A stretch of DNA of 60,846 nt from Bacteroidota bacterium. GTDB taxonomy: Bacteria > Bacteroidota > Bacteroidia > 2-12-FULL-35-15. This document shows, one piece after another, positions 1-9,607 of the stretch (its first letter is position 1; the number at the start of each line of letters is the position of its first letter). A program made the position numbers and the translations under genes. The notes under the pieces are model-generated. The model searched no databases. It saw only the letters and a program-made list of their open reading frames with translations, and was not told the DNA's origin. The DNA lies in NCBI GenBank assembly GCA_043742725.1, contig JAYTXX010000097.1, positions 1 through 60,846 of the forward strand, written 5' to 3'.

Positions 1-362
1 GCTCCTGCAAATTTCAATTCAGGTAAAAATTCATCTTTAAAAGCGTAGCCAGGTCCGCCAGTGCCATTCCCTAAAGGGTCGCCACCTTGTATCATAAAAT
101 TTGGAATTACTCGGTGAAATTTTAAACTGTCGTAATAAGGCTTTCCTAAAGGCTTTGCGTTGTTTTTTATTTTTCCTTCGGCTAATCCCACAAAGTTGGC
201 AACTGTTAATGGAACTTTTTCAAATTCCAATTGAAGTAGTATAACTCCTTTGTTGGTAGTCATTTCGGCATATAAGCCTTTTTCTAATTTTGGTTTTTTG
301 TCTTTTGCAAATGTTGCAAATGCAATGAATAAAAAGAGTGTTGCAAAAAATATTTTTTTCAT
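1..362 (-). CDS. Peptidyl-prolyl cis-trans isomerase, cyclophilin type (3' end runs off the window)
   Basis: Own minus-strand translation from the ATG at 362-360: [23 protein letters not shown]...[33 protein letters not shown]. This gives a signal peptide plus the cyclophilin FHRVIxxFMxQGGD core. It is absent from the supplied ORF track because it is truncated by the window edge. Confidence 0.85.
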   Translation of the reverse strand, partial: MKKIFFATLFLFIAFATFAKDKKPKLEKGLYAEMTTNKGVILLQLEFEKVPLTVANFVGLAEGKIKNNAKPLGKPYYDSLKFHRVIPNFMIQGGDPLGNGTGGPGYAFKDEFLPELKFAG

Positions 363-380
363 ATCAATGGTAAATTTTTT

Positions 381-1058
381 TTAGTTTTTTGAATCAATTA
401 CTTTTCCATTTTCACATTTAATAGTGCGTGAAGGAAATTTATCAAACATCATAATATCGTGAGTAGCAATGAGCACAGCACGTCCGCTCTTTGAAATTTC
501 GAGCAACAAATTCATAATTCCTTCAGAAGTTTCCGGGTCGAGATTTCCTGTTGGCTCATCAGCCAAAATTACTTCGGGGTCGTTGAGTAAGGCTCTGGCA
601 ATGGCTACACGCTGTTGTTCTCCGCCCGAAAGTTCGTGTGGCATTTTAAATCCTTTGGTATTTAGATGCACTTTTTCCAACACATCTTGAATGCGTTTTT
701 GCATTTCATCTTTATTTTTCCAACCTGTTGCTTTTAGCACAAACAGTAGGTTTTCGTTTATTGTTCTATCTGTCAGCAATTGAAAATCTTGAAAAACAAT
801 TCCTAATTTTCTTCTCAAAAAAGGAACTTCTTTTGTTTTAATTTTTGCTAAATCAAATCCAGCAATGCTTGCAGCGCCTTCTACTAAATCCAAATCGGCA
901 TACAATGTTTTTAGCAAACTACTTTTTCCGCTTCCTGTTTTTCCAAGTAGATAAACAAATTCTCCTTTATCAATAGTCAATGAAACATTTGTAAGTACTA
1001 AATTATGTTTCTGAAAAATGGAAACATTATTTAATTGAATGATGGTATCTAATGGCAT
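381..1058 (-). CDS. ftsE: Cell division ABC ATPase FtsE
   Basis: 225 aa. Walker [13 protein letters not shown] signature [15 protein letters not shown], Walker [12 protein letters not shown]. Size and layout match FtsE. Confidence 0.8.
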   Translation of the reverse strand: MPLDTIIQLNNVSIFQKHNLVLTNVSLTIDKGEFVYLLGKTGSGKSSLLKTLYADLDLVEGAASIAGFDLAKIKTKEVPFLRRKLGIVFQDFQLLTDRTINENLLFVLKATGWKNKDEMQKRIQDVLEKVHLNTKGFKMPHELSGGEQQRVAIARALLNDPEVILADEPTGNLDPETSEGIMNLLLEISKSGRAVLIATHDIMMFDKFPSRTIKCENGKVIDSKN

Positions 1059-1232
1059 ATTTTTTTTGTAAAAATCAATTTTAATTCTTCCGAAAATTAC
1101 TTTTTAATTTAAAAAACCATTTTGTTTGGTTCGCAATAGTTTCAACATATCTACGTTAATAACTTATCCAATCGGAAAATTCATCGGCTTTTATACTTAC
1201 TATTTTTACACCATTCATACTTTATTTGTGCA

Positions 1233-4200
1233 ATGAACAATCAACAGTCAATTAAATTATTAAGTACATTTTTATTCTCAATATTTGTAAGCACATTGGT
1301 TTTTTCGCAAAAAACTATGGTGTATGTTCACGATGATGCTGAATTTAAAACAGCGTTAGAATTATTTCAAAAAGAAAAATTTGGTGCGGCTCAAAAAAGT
1401 TTTTCTAAAATTATAGCCACACACAATAATCCGCAATCGCTTATTCGTATTGATGCAGAATATTACAATGCTATTTGTGCAATAGAATTGTTTAATAAAG
1501 ATGGCGAATTGTATTTAAAACAATTTGTGAAAGACCATCCAGAAAATTTGAAAGTAAAAACAGCATATTTTTATCTTGGAAAATACAACTATCGAAAAAA
1601 GAAATATCGCGAATCGCTTGATTGGTTTGAGAAAGTAGATATTTATGATTTAACAACAGAAGAGTTGTCGGAATTTTATTTCAAGCGTGGTTACAGTTAT
1701 TTTATGGAAAATAAAATGGCTGAAGCCAAAAAAGATTTTTACGAAATAAAAGATGTGGATAGTAAATATTCGGCTCCTGCCAAATATTATTTTGCACACA
1801 TTGCTTACAATGAAAAAAATTATGAAACAGCTTTGAAAGATTTTTTAAAGCTTCAACAAAACGAAACATTTGGTTCTGTTGTTCCTTATTACATTGCTCA
1901 ACTTTATTTTTTGGAAGCAAGATTTGATGATGTAATTGCGTATGCACCAACATTGTTGGATTCGGCATCTACAAAGCGTGCTCCAGAAATTGCACGTATC
2001 ATTGGCGAATCGTATTATAACTTAACAAAATACAAAGAAGCAATTCCATTTTTGAAAAAATATGAAAAAAGTTCGGGAGGATTGGCTCGCAAAGATTTGT
2101 ACGAATTAGGATTTGCTTTGTATCAAGTTAAAAATTATGATGATGCAAGTAATTATTTTATTAAAACAACCAATATTGATGATTCGTTGAGTCAAAATTC
2201 ATATTATCATTTGGGCGATTGCAATTTGAAAATGAATGATAAACAAAATGCACGTTATGCTTTTGGTCAAGCATCAAAATTAAGTTTTGATAAATTTGTG
2301 CAAGAAGATGCGCTTTATAGTTTTGCAAAATTGTGTTATGAATTGAGCTACAATCCTTACAATGAAGCAATAAAAGCACTTCAGCAGTACATCAAAAATT
2401 ATCCAAATTCATCACACATTGATGAAGCCTATACGTATTTGGTAAATGTTTTTACCACATCTAATAATTACAAAGATGCACTTGAAGCAATTGAAAACAT
2501 TAAGGTTTTAACACCTGAATTAAAACAAGCACATCAAAAAGTTGCATATTTCAGAGGAGTTGATTTGTTTAATAATATGCAATATGAAGAAGCTATTCGG
2601 TTGTTTGATAAATCATTGATTTATACATTTAATAAAGATATAAGAGCTTCGTCAATTTATTGGAAAGGCGAATCGTTTTACCGTATAAAAAAATATTCAG
2701 AAGCAATTGAAAATTATCAAGCATACATTGCAGAGCCTGGTTCTATTGGAAAATCGGAGTGGAGTGATGCAAATTACAATGTTGGTTATGCATATTTTAA
2801 ATTGAAAGATTATACAAATAGTAATTTGTGGTTTAGAAAATTTGTAACATTTAAACCACAAGCCGATGCAAAAAAAATAAACGATGCACTCAACAGAATT
2901 GGTGATGGATATTTTATGAATCGTGAGTTTGCTAATGCAGTTGATTATTACGCACAATCTTACAAAATGAAAACAGTTGATGCCGATTATGCTTTGTTTC
3001 AAAAGGCTTTGGCAAATGGTGTTCAAAAAAAATATTCTGAAAAAATTTCTGATTTACAAACATTCATTACTGTTTATCCAACATCAACATATATTCAAAA
3101 AGCAAAATTTGAATTGGCGCAAACATTTCTTTCCGACAATGAAAATGATTTAGCATTGAGTAATTACAAAAAGTTTATAAATGATTATCCAAACAGCATT
3201 TATGTAAATACTTGTTTGAGTAAAATAGCATTGATTTATTACAATAAAAAAGAAGACGATAACGCTTTGGCTTATTTTGATAAGTTGTTTAAGCGTGATA
3301 GAAAATCGGCAGAAGCAATGGAAGCAATTGCAGTTGTGAAAACAATTTACAAAACAAAAGGAGATGCCGAAGGTTTGGGAAATTATTTGAATTCTATTGG
3401 AGCTTCTATTCCGCAAGCGGCTTTAGATTCTATCTCTTACAGCATTGGCGATAATCATCGTAAGGAACAAGATTGCAAAAATGTGGTTATTGATTTTGAA
3501 AAATACATTCAAAAATTTGCAGATGGTATTTTTATTATTGATGCTAATTTTTACAAAGCCGAATGTGATTACAAATTAGGAAATACAGAAGCTGCATTGA
3601 CGGAATATTTATTTGTGATAGGAAAAAATAAAAATCAATACACCGAACAATCGTTGAGTAGAGCTTCGGAAATTGTAATTAAAAAACAAGATTTTACGCA
3701 AGCAATTAATTTGTACAAACAATTGGAACAAGTTGCCGAAACTCCTAAAAATAGTGCTTCTGCAAAGATTGGTTTGATGCGTTGCAATTATCAATTAAAA
3801 AATTATGCGGATGCAATTGCTTATTCAAACCAAACACTTGGAATAGATAAAGTGAGCAACGAATTAACTTATGAAGCGCATTACACAATTGCTCAATCGC
3901 TTTTGGCTACTGAAAAATATGATGAAGCAATGGCAGCGTTTCAAGCGGTTGCCAATACTGCTAAAAATGAATATGGTGCCGAATCGTATTACAATGTAGC
4001 ATACATTCAATATTTGAAAAATGAATACAAACAATCACAAAAAGTAATTTTTGATTTTATAAATAGCAATGGCGATTTTCCTTATTGGACTTCAAAAGCA
4101 TTGATTTTATTGGCAGATAATTATACAGCATTGAAAGATAATTTTCAGGCAAAAACAACTTTGAAATCAATTATTGCCGAAGCAGATATTCCAGAATTGA

Positions 4201-4376
4201 TAAAAATTGCACAAGCAAAATTGGATAAAATTACTGCTGATGAAGAAGCATTGAAACAAGCGCAAAAACAAGCAGAACCATTGAAGTTGGAATTTGAAAA
4301 TAATTCAACAGAACAAAAAAAATTGTTTACAGAGCCAGAAATTTTGCCAACACCAGAAATTAAAAACGAACAATAA
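1233..4376 (+). CDS. Large secreted tetratricopeptide-repeat protein
   Basis: 1047 aa with an N-terminal signal peptide (LLSTFLFSIFVSTLVFSQ). Many TPR-like A/Y/F-spaced helical repeats occur throughout. Specific function is not recognisable. Confidence 0.7.
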   Translation: MNNQQSIKLLSTFLFSIFVSTLVFSQKTMVYVHDDAEFKTALELFQKEKFGAAQKSFSKIIATHNNPQSLIRIDAEYYNAICAIELFNKDGELYLKQFVKDHPENLKVKTAYFYLGKYNYRKKKYRESLDWFEKVDIYDLTTEELSEFYFKRGYSYFMENKMAEAKKDFYEIKDVDSKYSAPAKYYFAHIAYNEKNYETALKDFLKLQQNETFGSVVPYYIAQLYFLEARFDDVIAYAPTLLDSASTKRAPEIARIIGESYYNLTKYKEAIPFLKKYEKSSGGLARKDLYELGFALYQVKNYDDASNYFIKTTNIDDSLSQNSYYHLGDCNLKMNDKQNARYAFGQASKLSFDKFVQEDALYSFAKLCYELSYNPYNEAIKALQQYIKNYPNSSHIDEAYTYLVNVFTTSNNYKDALEAIENIKVLTPELKQAHQKVAYFRGVDLFNNMQYEEAIRLFDKSLIYTFNKDIRASSIYWKGESFYRIKKYSEAIENYQAYIAEPGSIGKSEWSDANYNVGYAYFKLKDYTNSNLWFRKFVTFKPQADAKKINDALNRIGDGYFMNREFANAVDYYAQSYKMKTVDADYALFQKALANGVQKKYSEKISDLQTFITVYPTSTYIQKAKFELAQTFLSDNENDLALSNYKKFINDYPNSIYVNTCLSKIALIYYNKKEDDNALAYFDKLFKRDRKSAEAMEAIAVVKTIYKTKGDAEGLGNYLNSIGASIPQAALDSISYSIGDNHRKEQDCKNVVIDFEKYIQKFADGIFIIDANFYKAECDYKLGNTEAALTEYLFVIGKNKNQYTEQSLSRASEIVIKKQDFTQAINLYKQLEQVAETPKNSASAKIGLMRCNYQLKNYADAIAYSNQTLGIDKVSNELTYEAHYTIAQSLLATEKYDEAMAAFQAVANTAKNEYGAESYYNVAYIQYLKNEYKQSQKVIFDFINSNGDFPYWTSKALILLADNYTALKDNFQAKTTLKSIIAEADIPELIKIAQAKLDKITADEEALKQAQKQAEPLKLEFENNSTEQKKLFTEPEILPTPEIKNEQ

Positions 4377-4388
4377 TTTGTACTAAAA

Positions 4389-6080
4389 ATGAGTGCAAGA
4401 CCAAAAAATAATATTTATATCAAACAGATTTTTGTTTTTATCAGTTTGTTTGTAATGCCTGTTTTTTCAGCATTTTCGCAACAACGCACACTCGATTCGA
4501 TGTTGAGTGTAAACATTGGTTCTTATCAAGCATCAATTATGGATGCGACTAAAATTTCTGAAAACCCATCCATTGTGGATTCTACAAAAAAACTTTCGGT
4601 AACAGGTTATTCAATTTATTCAAAAAAAATAAATACAGGCTTTGAAGTAGATCCAATAAAACCAGCACAAATGGTGGGAGAGCCACTTACAAAACTTTAC
4701 AATGGTTTGATTAAAATTGGAATGGGAACTTATACCACACCGTATGGCGAAGTTTGGTACAACAATTTGCGTTCAAAAGAATATGCGTATGGATTGCGAA
4801 TGAAACATATATCATCTACATCAACGCTTGATAACTACGGAAACAGCAGTTTTAGCGATAATGAAATAAGTTTGTATGGAAAAAAGTTTTTGAAAGAACA
4901 CACCTTACTTGGCAATTTTGATTATGCAAGAAATGTAGTTCATTTTTATGGTTATGATATTGCTTTGCATTCATTGGATAAAGATGCAACTGTTCAACGA
5001 TTTAATTATTTTACTGGAAGTGCCGAATTGATGAGCCATTACACCAACTTGGAGCGCTACAATCACGATATAAAATTGAGCTATTATAATTTATCTGATT
5101 TGTACAAATCATCTGAAAATAATATAAAAGCAACAGGTTTTGTTCAAAAAGCAATCGGCAAAGAGTTATTAAAAGTAAATGCTTTGGTTGATTATTACAA
5201 TTACAAAACATTGAAAGATACGGTGAACAATACCATTGTTTCTTTAAATCCAAATTTTATTGCAAAGGGCGATAAATATTTTGCAAGTCTTGGAGTTACT
5301 GTGGCTGCTGATTTTGCCGACAAATCAAAATATTATTTTTATCCAAATATTGATTTGAGCTATAATATTTTTGAAGAAATTATAATTCCTTATGCAGGTG
5401 TTTCGGGAAGTTTGAAACGAAATAGTTTTAAATCATTGACCGATGCTAATCCATTTTTATTATCACATGTTACTACAAAAAATACAAATCAAAAATATGA
5501 TTTGTATGGTGGATTGAAAGGAACACTATCATCGAACATTGCATACAGCACCCGAGTTTCTTATTCGAACATTGCCGATATGGCAATGTATGTAAACGAT
5601 ACAAAAGAATTGTTGCAAAACCGATTTGATGTAATTTATGATGATGCAGAATTGCTAAATGTAAGCGGAGAAGTTTCGTATCAAAACAAAGAAAAATTGA
5701 GAATTAATTTGAAAGGAGAATATTTTAATTACAAAATGAAAACCGAGCAAAGAGCTTGGTACAAGCCACAAGTAATGATTACACTTTCTGGAAATTATAA
5801 TTTAGAAAATAAAATTGTGGTGAAACTTGATTTGTTTTACATAGATAATCAATTTGCTAAAACATACATTGCCGACAATACGGTGGCTTCTGGACAAAAA
5901 ATGGTTGCAAAAGAATTGCAAGGTGTGTTTGATGCAAATATTGGTTTGGAATATCGTTATACAAAAAAATTAGGATTCTTTTTAAACTTCAACAATATTG
6001 CTTCGCAACGCTACAACCGTTGGTACAACTATCCTACACAGAAGTTTAGTTTGATGGGTGGTTTGTCTTTTTCGTTCTAG
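4389..6080 (+). CDS. Outer-membrane beta-barrel protein (putative porin)
   Basis: 563 aa with a signal peptide. Alternating hydrophobic/polar beta-strand pattern rich in Y/G/N. Terminal aromatic residue (GGLSFSF) typical of OMPs. Lies 12 nt downstream of the TPR gene. Confidence 0.6.
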   Translation: MSARPKNNIYIKQIFVFISLFVMPVFSAFSQQRTLDSMLSVNIGSYQASIMDATKISENPSIVDSTKKLSVTGYSIYSKKINTGFEVDPIKPAQMVGEPLTKLYNGLIKIGMGTYTTPYGEVWYNNLRSKEYAYGLRMKHISSTSTLDNYGNSSFSDNEISLYGKKFLKEHTLLGNFDYARNVVHFYGYDIALHSLDKDATVQRFNYFTGSAELMSHYTNLERYNHDIKLSYYNLSDLYKSSENNIKATGFVQKAIGKELLKVNALVDYYNYKTLKDTVNNTIVSLNPNFIAKGDKYFASLGVTVAADFADKSKYYFYPNIDLSYNIFEEIIIPYAGVSGSLKRNSFKSLTDANPFLLSHVTTKNTNQKYDLYGGLKGTLSSNIAYSTRVSYSNIADMAMYVNDTKELLQNRFDVIYDDAELLNVSGEVSYQNKEKLRINLKGEYFNYKMKTEQRAWYKPQVMITLSGNYNLENKIVVKLDLFYIDNQFAKTYIADNTVASGQKMVAKELQGVFDANIGLEYRYTKKLGFFLNFNNIASQRYNRWYNYPTQKFSLMGGLSFSF

Positions 6081-6214
6081 GAAATAATAGGAAGTAAAAA
6101 ATATTTTAAAAATTTCTATTATATTCGTATGTATGAAAAAGGAGTTTTTTTTTAGTTTATAAAACTTTCTCTATATTTAAGTTGTAAACTAGCTGGTCTG
6201 ACAGCTTAAAAATG

Positions 6215-6296
6215 ACAAAATTTGAAAATTAAATTTTTTATAAACAAGACAATCGATATTTTTTAATTATAGGCACAAAATTCGAAGATTAAATTT
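6215..6296. repeat. Two 22-bp imperfect direct repeats, 60 bp apart, in the leader of the 6416 operon
   Basis: acaaaatttgaaaattaaattt at 6215-6236 and acaaaattcgaagattaaattt at 6275-6296 (2 mismatches). A 13-bp palindrome attgataatcaat (about 6318-6330) and a (TA)n run (about 6344-6355) follow. Confidence 0.6.
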
Positions 6297-6415
6297 AAAA
6301 CTGTTTAATTGTAATTCATTGATAATCAATTTAATATATATATATTAAATGCAAAGATTTTAGAATGACGAATATTAAAAGATATTTTACTAATTTTAAA
6401 TTCAAATAACTCTTT

Positions 6416-7111
6416 ATGGATCTAATTGTTCCTGTTCATCAACTTGAAATCAGGTATACCTTTTTGTTAAACTTTAATGCAATCATTAAAGAAATCGCAT
6501 CGCCATTTGTTCCATTGGCAACAAATTTTAATTTCGAACAGGAAAATAGCACAAAGCATACAAAATTGACATTAACTTTTGCTAACGATTATTATTCAAT
6601 ATTTGTCACATATGATAGAATTATATTTCGCTATGAAGGAAACCCGGAAGAACTAAAAGCAAATAATTCTTTTTTTGAAGAACCATTTTTAAATATTTTT
6701 AATAAGTTAAAAGAACACAAGGACTTTGGAAAAGTAACGAATTTTTTATTTTATACTTTATATGTTAAACCAAAAGAAGAAGATAAGGAAGTTATCCTGG
6801 GAAATTTTCTTAAAGAGAATTTAGTTTTAAATAAAACAAATCGAATTATGTCTTCTCCGACAGATGTTTCTGTTATTTTAAATAAAAATGTTAATAATCA
6901 GCAAGTTCAAATTCGATTTGGACCTTATGTTGGAATGACAGATTTAGCAAGCAGGCACGCTGTTCCAATTTTTAGACAATTTGAAGGTCTTGACAAATAC
7001 GGTGAAATGGCCGAAGTTAGTATTACAGAAAGCTCACTTTCAAACTTCCCATTTTCTAAGTATAAAGAAACTTTAGCAGCATCTAATGATTTAATTTCTA
7101 ATCTTTGGTAA
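6416..7111 (+). CDS. Hypothetical protein (first gene of a three-gene operon)
   Basis: 231-aa ORF with no signal peptide, no TM segment and no motif I recognise. Coding is supported by the 1-nt spacing to the next ORF and the absence of competing ORFs. Confidence 0.6.
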   Translation: MDLIVPVHQLEIRYTFLLNFNAIIKEIASPFVPLATNFNFEQENSTKHTKLTLTFANDYYSIFVTYDRIIFRYEGNPEELKANNSFFEEPFLNIFNKLKEHKDFGKVTNFLFYTLYVKPKEEDKEVILGNFLKENLVLNKTNRIMSSPTDVSVILNKNVNNQQVQIRFGPYVGMTDLASRHAVPIFRQFEGLDKYGEMAEVSITESSLSNFPFSKYKETLAASNDLISNLW

Positions 7112-7112
7112 A

Positions 7113-7616
7113 ATGAGCAAGATTTTAGAAGAGCAATTTATGCGACTTGGTGAAGATATTTCATTATCTCCAATTCCGACTTTAAAAAAGGAGAATGAAG
7201 GAATTTCGATTGTTGATCCATCTGTTATTTCAGAAAGTGTCATTTCTGAGTTTATAAGTAAATCTTTTTTTAATAAAGCTGGTTTTATAGCGCACGAAAA
7301 ATGGGATACAAATATTAATATTCAAAGTAAAGTAACTGATTTTAATGGTGAATATGTAGAATGCTTGTGTTTAATGGATAAGGAGAACCATTATTTTGAA
7401 TATCGAAGCTTTCCTCGAATTCTATTTGACAATATTGACAATTTAAAGAATAAGCCGTATTTAATTTTGAATATTAAATCAAAAGCGAGTTCTATAAGAA
7501 TTGATGTTTCTGAAGGCGATAAAAGAGTGGAAAAAAAACTATTTGAATTAGAAGAAGATTGGGGGAAACTTGATGACTCGGGTTTAGAAACGCCATATAC
7601 GGGAATTGATATATGA
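7113..7616 (+). CDS. Hypothetical protein (second gene of the operon)
   Basis: 167-aa ORF. It starts 1 nt after the upstream stop, and its stop overlaps the next start (ATGA at 7613-7616). No recognisable motif. Confidence 0.6.
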   Translation: MSKILEEQFMRLGEDISLSPIPTLKKENEGISIVDPSVISESVISEFISKSFFNKAGFIAHEKWDTNINIQSKVTDFNGEYVECLCLMDKENHYFEYRSFPRILFDNIDNLKNKPYLILNIKSKASSIRIDVSEGDKRVEKKLFELEEDWGKLDDSGLETPYTGIDI

Positions 7617-8635
7617 TTACACTCACCTTTAAAAATGTTGATCAAGGAGATTCAATACTTTTAGAGTGGCAAAAAGATGGAATAGATAAAATTGCCATTA
7701 TTGATTGTAATCAGGCATTTAATACAAATCCCGTCTTAGAGCATATTATAACTAAAGGATATAGTAGAATCGAATTTTTATTACTCTCTCATCCACATTC
7801 GGATCATTTTTCTGGATTTACTAAATTAATACGGCACTGTATTGACCATGGAATAAAAATTGGACATTTCTTATCTACCTCGCCAATAAATAAAAATTAT
7901 TGGGAAATGGCATTTGACAATGCTTTTGCTAAAAATGAAACGCAAAAACTTTTTAAACTTCTACGAGAAGCACGAACGGCAATAGGAATGAAAACATCTT
8001 TCGTGCAAGGAGAATCTTTAAATCCACCGATAAAAATAGGTAATAATTATTTTTTTGAATTACTTGGTCCAACTGCAGTTGAACTTGATAAATTTATCAC
8101 GACTAAAGTTGTTGGTATAAATAATGAGGAGGAGAAAGGGAATAATCCATCAGCTAATTGGTTGTCTTCATTAATTAAAATATATACTGATGATACATGG
8201 TATATACTTTTGACGGCAGATGTTAATCCGGAATTACTTTTGGTTTATGGTCATGACAAAGATAAAACTGGCATTTTTAAAGGTAATCTTGTCTTAGGAC
8301 AATCGCCCCACCATGGTAGTAAGTTAAATCACAAGAACAGTTTTTGGAAAAATTTAAAAAGAAAAAAGGATAGTAGCGTTCCAATCGTATTTTCAGTTGG
8401 AAAGAATAATTATGGACATCCGTCTAAAGAAGCCGTTGAATTTTTTCAACGGAATAAATTTAAAATTTATTCGACCAATCCAACAGGAATCTTATCCAAA
8501 AATGTTTCGCCTCTGGGAAAATCAAATATAGCTCATGCAAGTACTTTTGGGCTGAAAATTTCCAAAAAAAATAATGATTTTGAAGGTGACAAAATATTTG
8601 AAATTGATATTAGTGGAAATGTAAAAAAAATGTAA
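7613..8635 (+). CDS. Stand-alone ComEC/Rec2-type metallo-beta-lactamase-fold hydrolase
   Basis: 340 aa. FKNVDQGDSILLEW...IAIIDCN resembles the DVGQGD motif of ComEC MBL domains. HxHxDH motif LLLSHPHSDHFSGF lies at nt 7790-7807. Later SPHHGSKLNH and VGKNNYGHPSKEAV resemble the ComEC HHGS and N.yGHP motifs. No TM channel domain is present. Confidence 0.75.
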   Translation: MITLTFKNVDQGDSILLEWQKDGIDKIAIIDCNQAFNTNPVLEHIITKGYSRIEFLLLSHPHSDHFSGFTKLIRHCIDHGIKIGHFLSTSPINKNYWEMAFDNAFAKNETQKLFKLLREARTAIGMKTSFVQGESLNPPIKIGNNYFFELLGPTAVELDKFITTKVVGINNEEEKGNNPSANWLSSLIKIYTDDTWYILLTADVNPELLLVYGHDKDKTGIFKGNLVLGQSPHHGSKLNHKNSFWKNLKRKKDSSVPIVFSVGKNNYGHPSKEAVEFFQRNKFKIYSTNPTGILSKNVSPLGKSNIAHASTFGLKISKKNNDFEGDKIFEIDISGNVKKM

Positions 8636-8795
8636 AAACTCCTTAAGCGTGAATTTGAAACATGGCAATATGTGTTAGCGCTTTGTTATAAATGCAATTT
8701 GTAAGTTTTAGAAGGTTTTATTCTCAAAAATAAAATTCTTTTAAATTTCAATTCCAGTATAGAATTAACTAATTTAGTTGCTCCAAAATTTACAA

Positions 8796-9584
8796 ATGAA
8801 AAAGCTAATTCTACCAATTTTTTTAGTGCTGTTTTTTAGCAATGCAGTTGTTTCGCAAACTACTGCTACCGATTTTAATACATCAGATTGTGCCAGTGTT
8901 GTACATCATTTGTATGCCGATTTAGATTCGGGCAAAGTAGTGATATTGAATTTTGTGATGCCTTGCGGATTTTGTGTTAAACCAAGCCAATCGGCATATA
9001 ACATTGCCGAACAATTTAAAACAAATTATCCTGGAAGAATAAAATATTTTTTGAGCGATGGTTTTGGAAACAATATTTGTGGCGATTTATATACCTGGGC
9101 AGCAGCAAACAATATTGGTAGTGATGCAATTCTTATTTCTTCGCATTCAGTAACAATGAATGATTATGGAACAATAGGAATGCCCAAAGTTGTAATTATT
9201 GGAGGAACAAATCATCTTATTTATTTTAATGAAAATGATTCCTTGGCTGGCGATTCGCTTTCGCTCTATACAGCAATTGATAGTGCTTTGAAATCTACAA
9301 CCAATATTTCTGAAAAAAAGATTGATAATTTACAATTGCGTTTGTTTCCAAATCCATTGGTAAATCAAGCAAAAGTGAGCTATACACTTTTTGAACAATC
9401 GGAAATTGAAATGGAAATATATAATGCAATGAATGAAAAAATATACAGCGTAAAAAAACTAAATGAACAACAAGGAAAACATGAAGCGGAAATAAACTTT
9501 GAAAAATTTAGTAATGGAAATTATATATTAATGATTCGAACAAATAAATCAACATCTTCTATCAAGTTTACAATTGCTCGGTAA
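8796..9584 (+). CDS. Secreted thioredoxin-fold (TlpA-like) protein with T9SS C-terminal sorting domain
   Basis: Start moved to the ATG at 8796 (MKKLILPIFLVLFFSNAVVSQ signal peptide); the track start at 8778 is TTG. GKVVILNFVMPCGFCVKPS contains a CxxC redox motif in thioredoxin-fold context, with a cis-Pro-like GMPKVVII. C-terminus LRLFPNPLVNQAKVSYTL...GNYILMIRTNKSTSSIKFTIAR is a type A T9SS CTD. Confidence 0.7.
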   Translation: MKKLILPIFLVLFFSNAVVSQTTATDFNTSDCASVVHHLYADLDSGKVVILNFVMPCGFCVKPSQSAYNIAEQFKTNYPGRIKYFLSDGFGNNICGDLYTWAAANNIGSDAILISSHSVTMNDYGTIGMPKVVIIGGTNHLIYFNENDSLAGDSLSLYTAIDSALKSTTNISEKKIDNLQLRLFPNPLVNQAKVSYTLFEQSEIEMEIYNAMNEKIYSVKKLNEQQGKHEAEINFEKFSNGNYILMIRTNKSTSSIKFTIAR

Positions 9585-9607
9585 AAATGTTTTAAAAAAA
9601 ATATAAA

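Noticed and set aside
6215-6296. Possible CRISPR array from the 22-bp direct repeats
   Set aside because: There are only two imperfect copies, they are extremely AT-rich, there is no third repeat at the same period, and there are no cas genes in the window.
6081-8760. Calling the accessory regions (6081-8760, 14431-16945, 50787-55440) mobile elements
   Set aside because: No integrase, transposase, tRNA attachment site or flanking direct repeats were found. Spot GC counts on a few 60-nt lines gave about 28-33 percent in these regions against 33-50 percent in some housekeeping lines. That is too sparse to claim compositional atypicality, so a sliding-window GC and codon-usage analysis is required.
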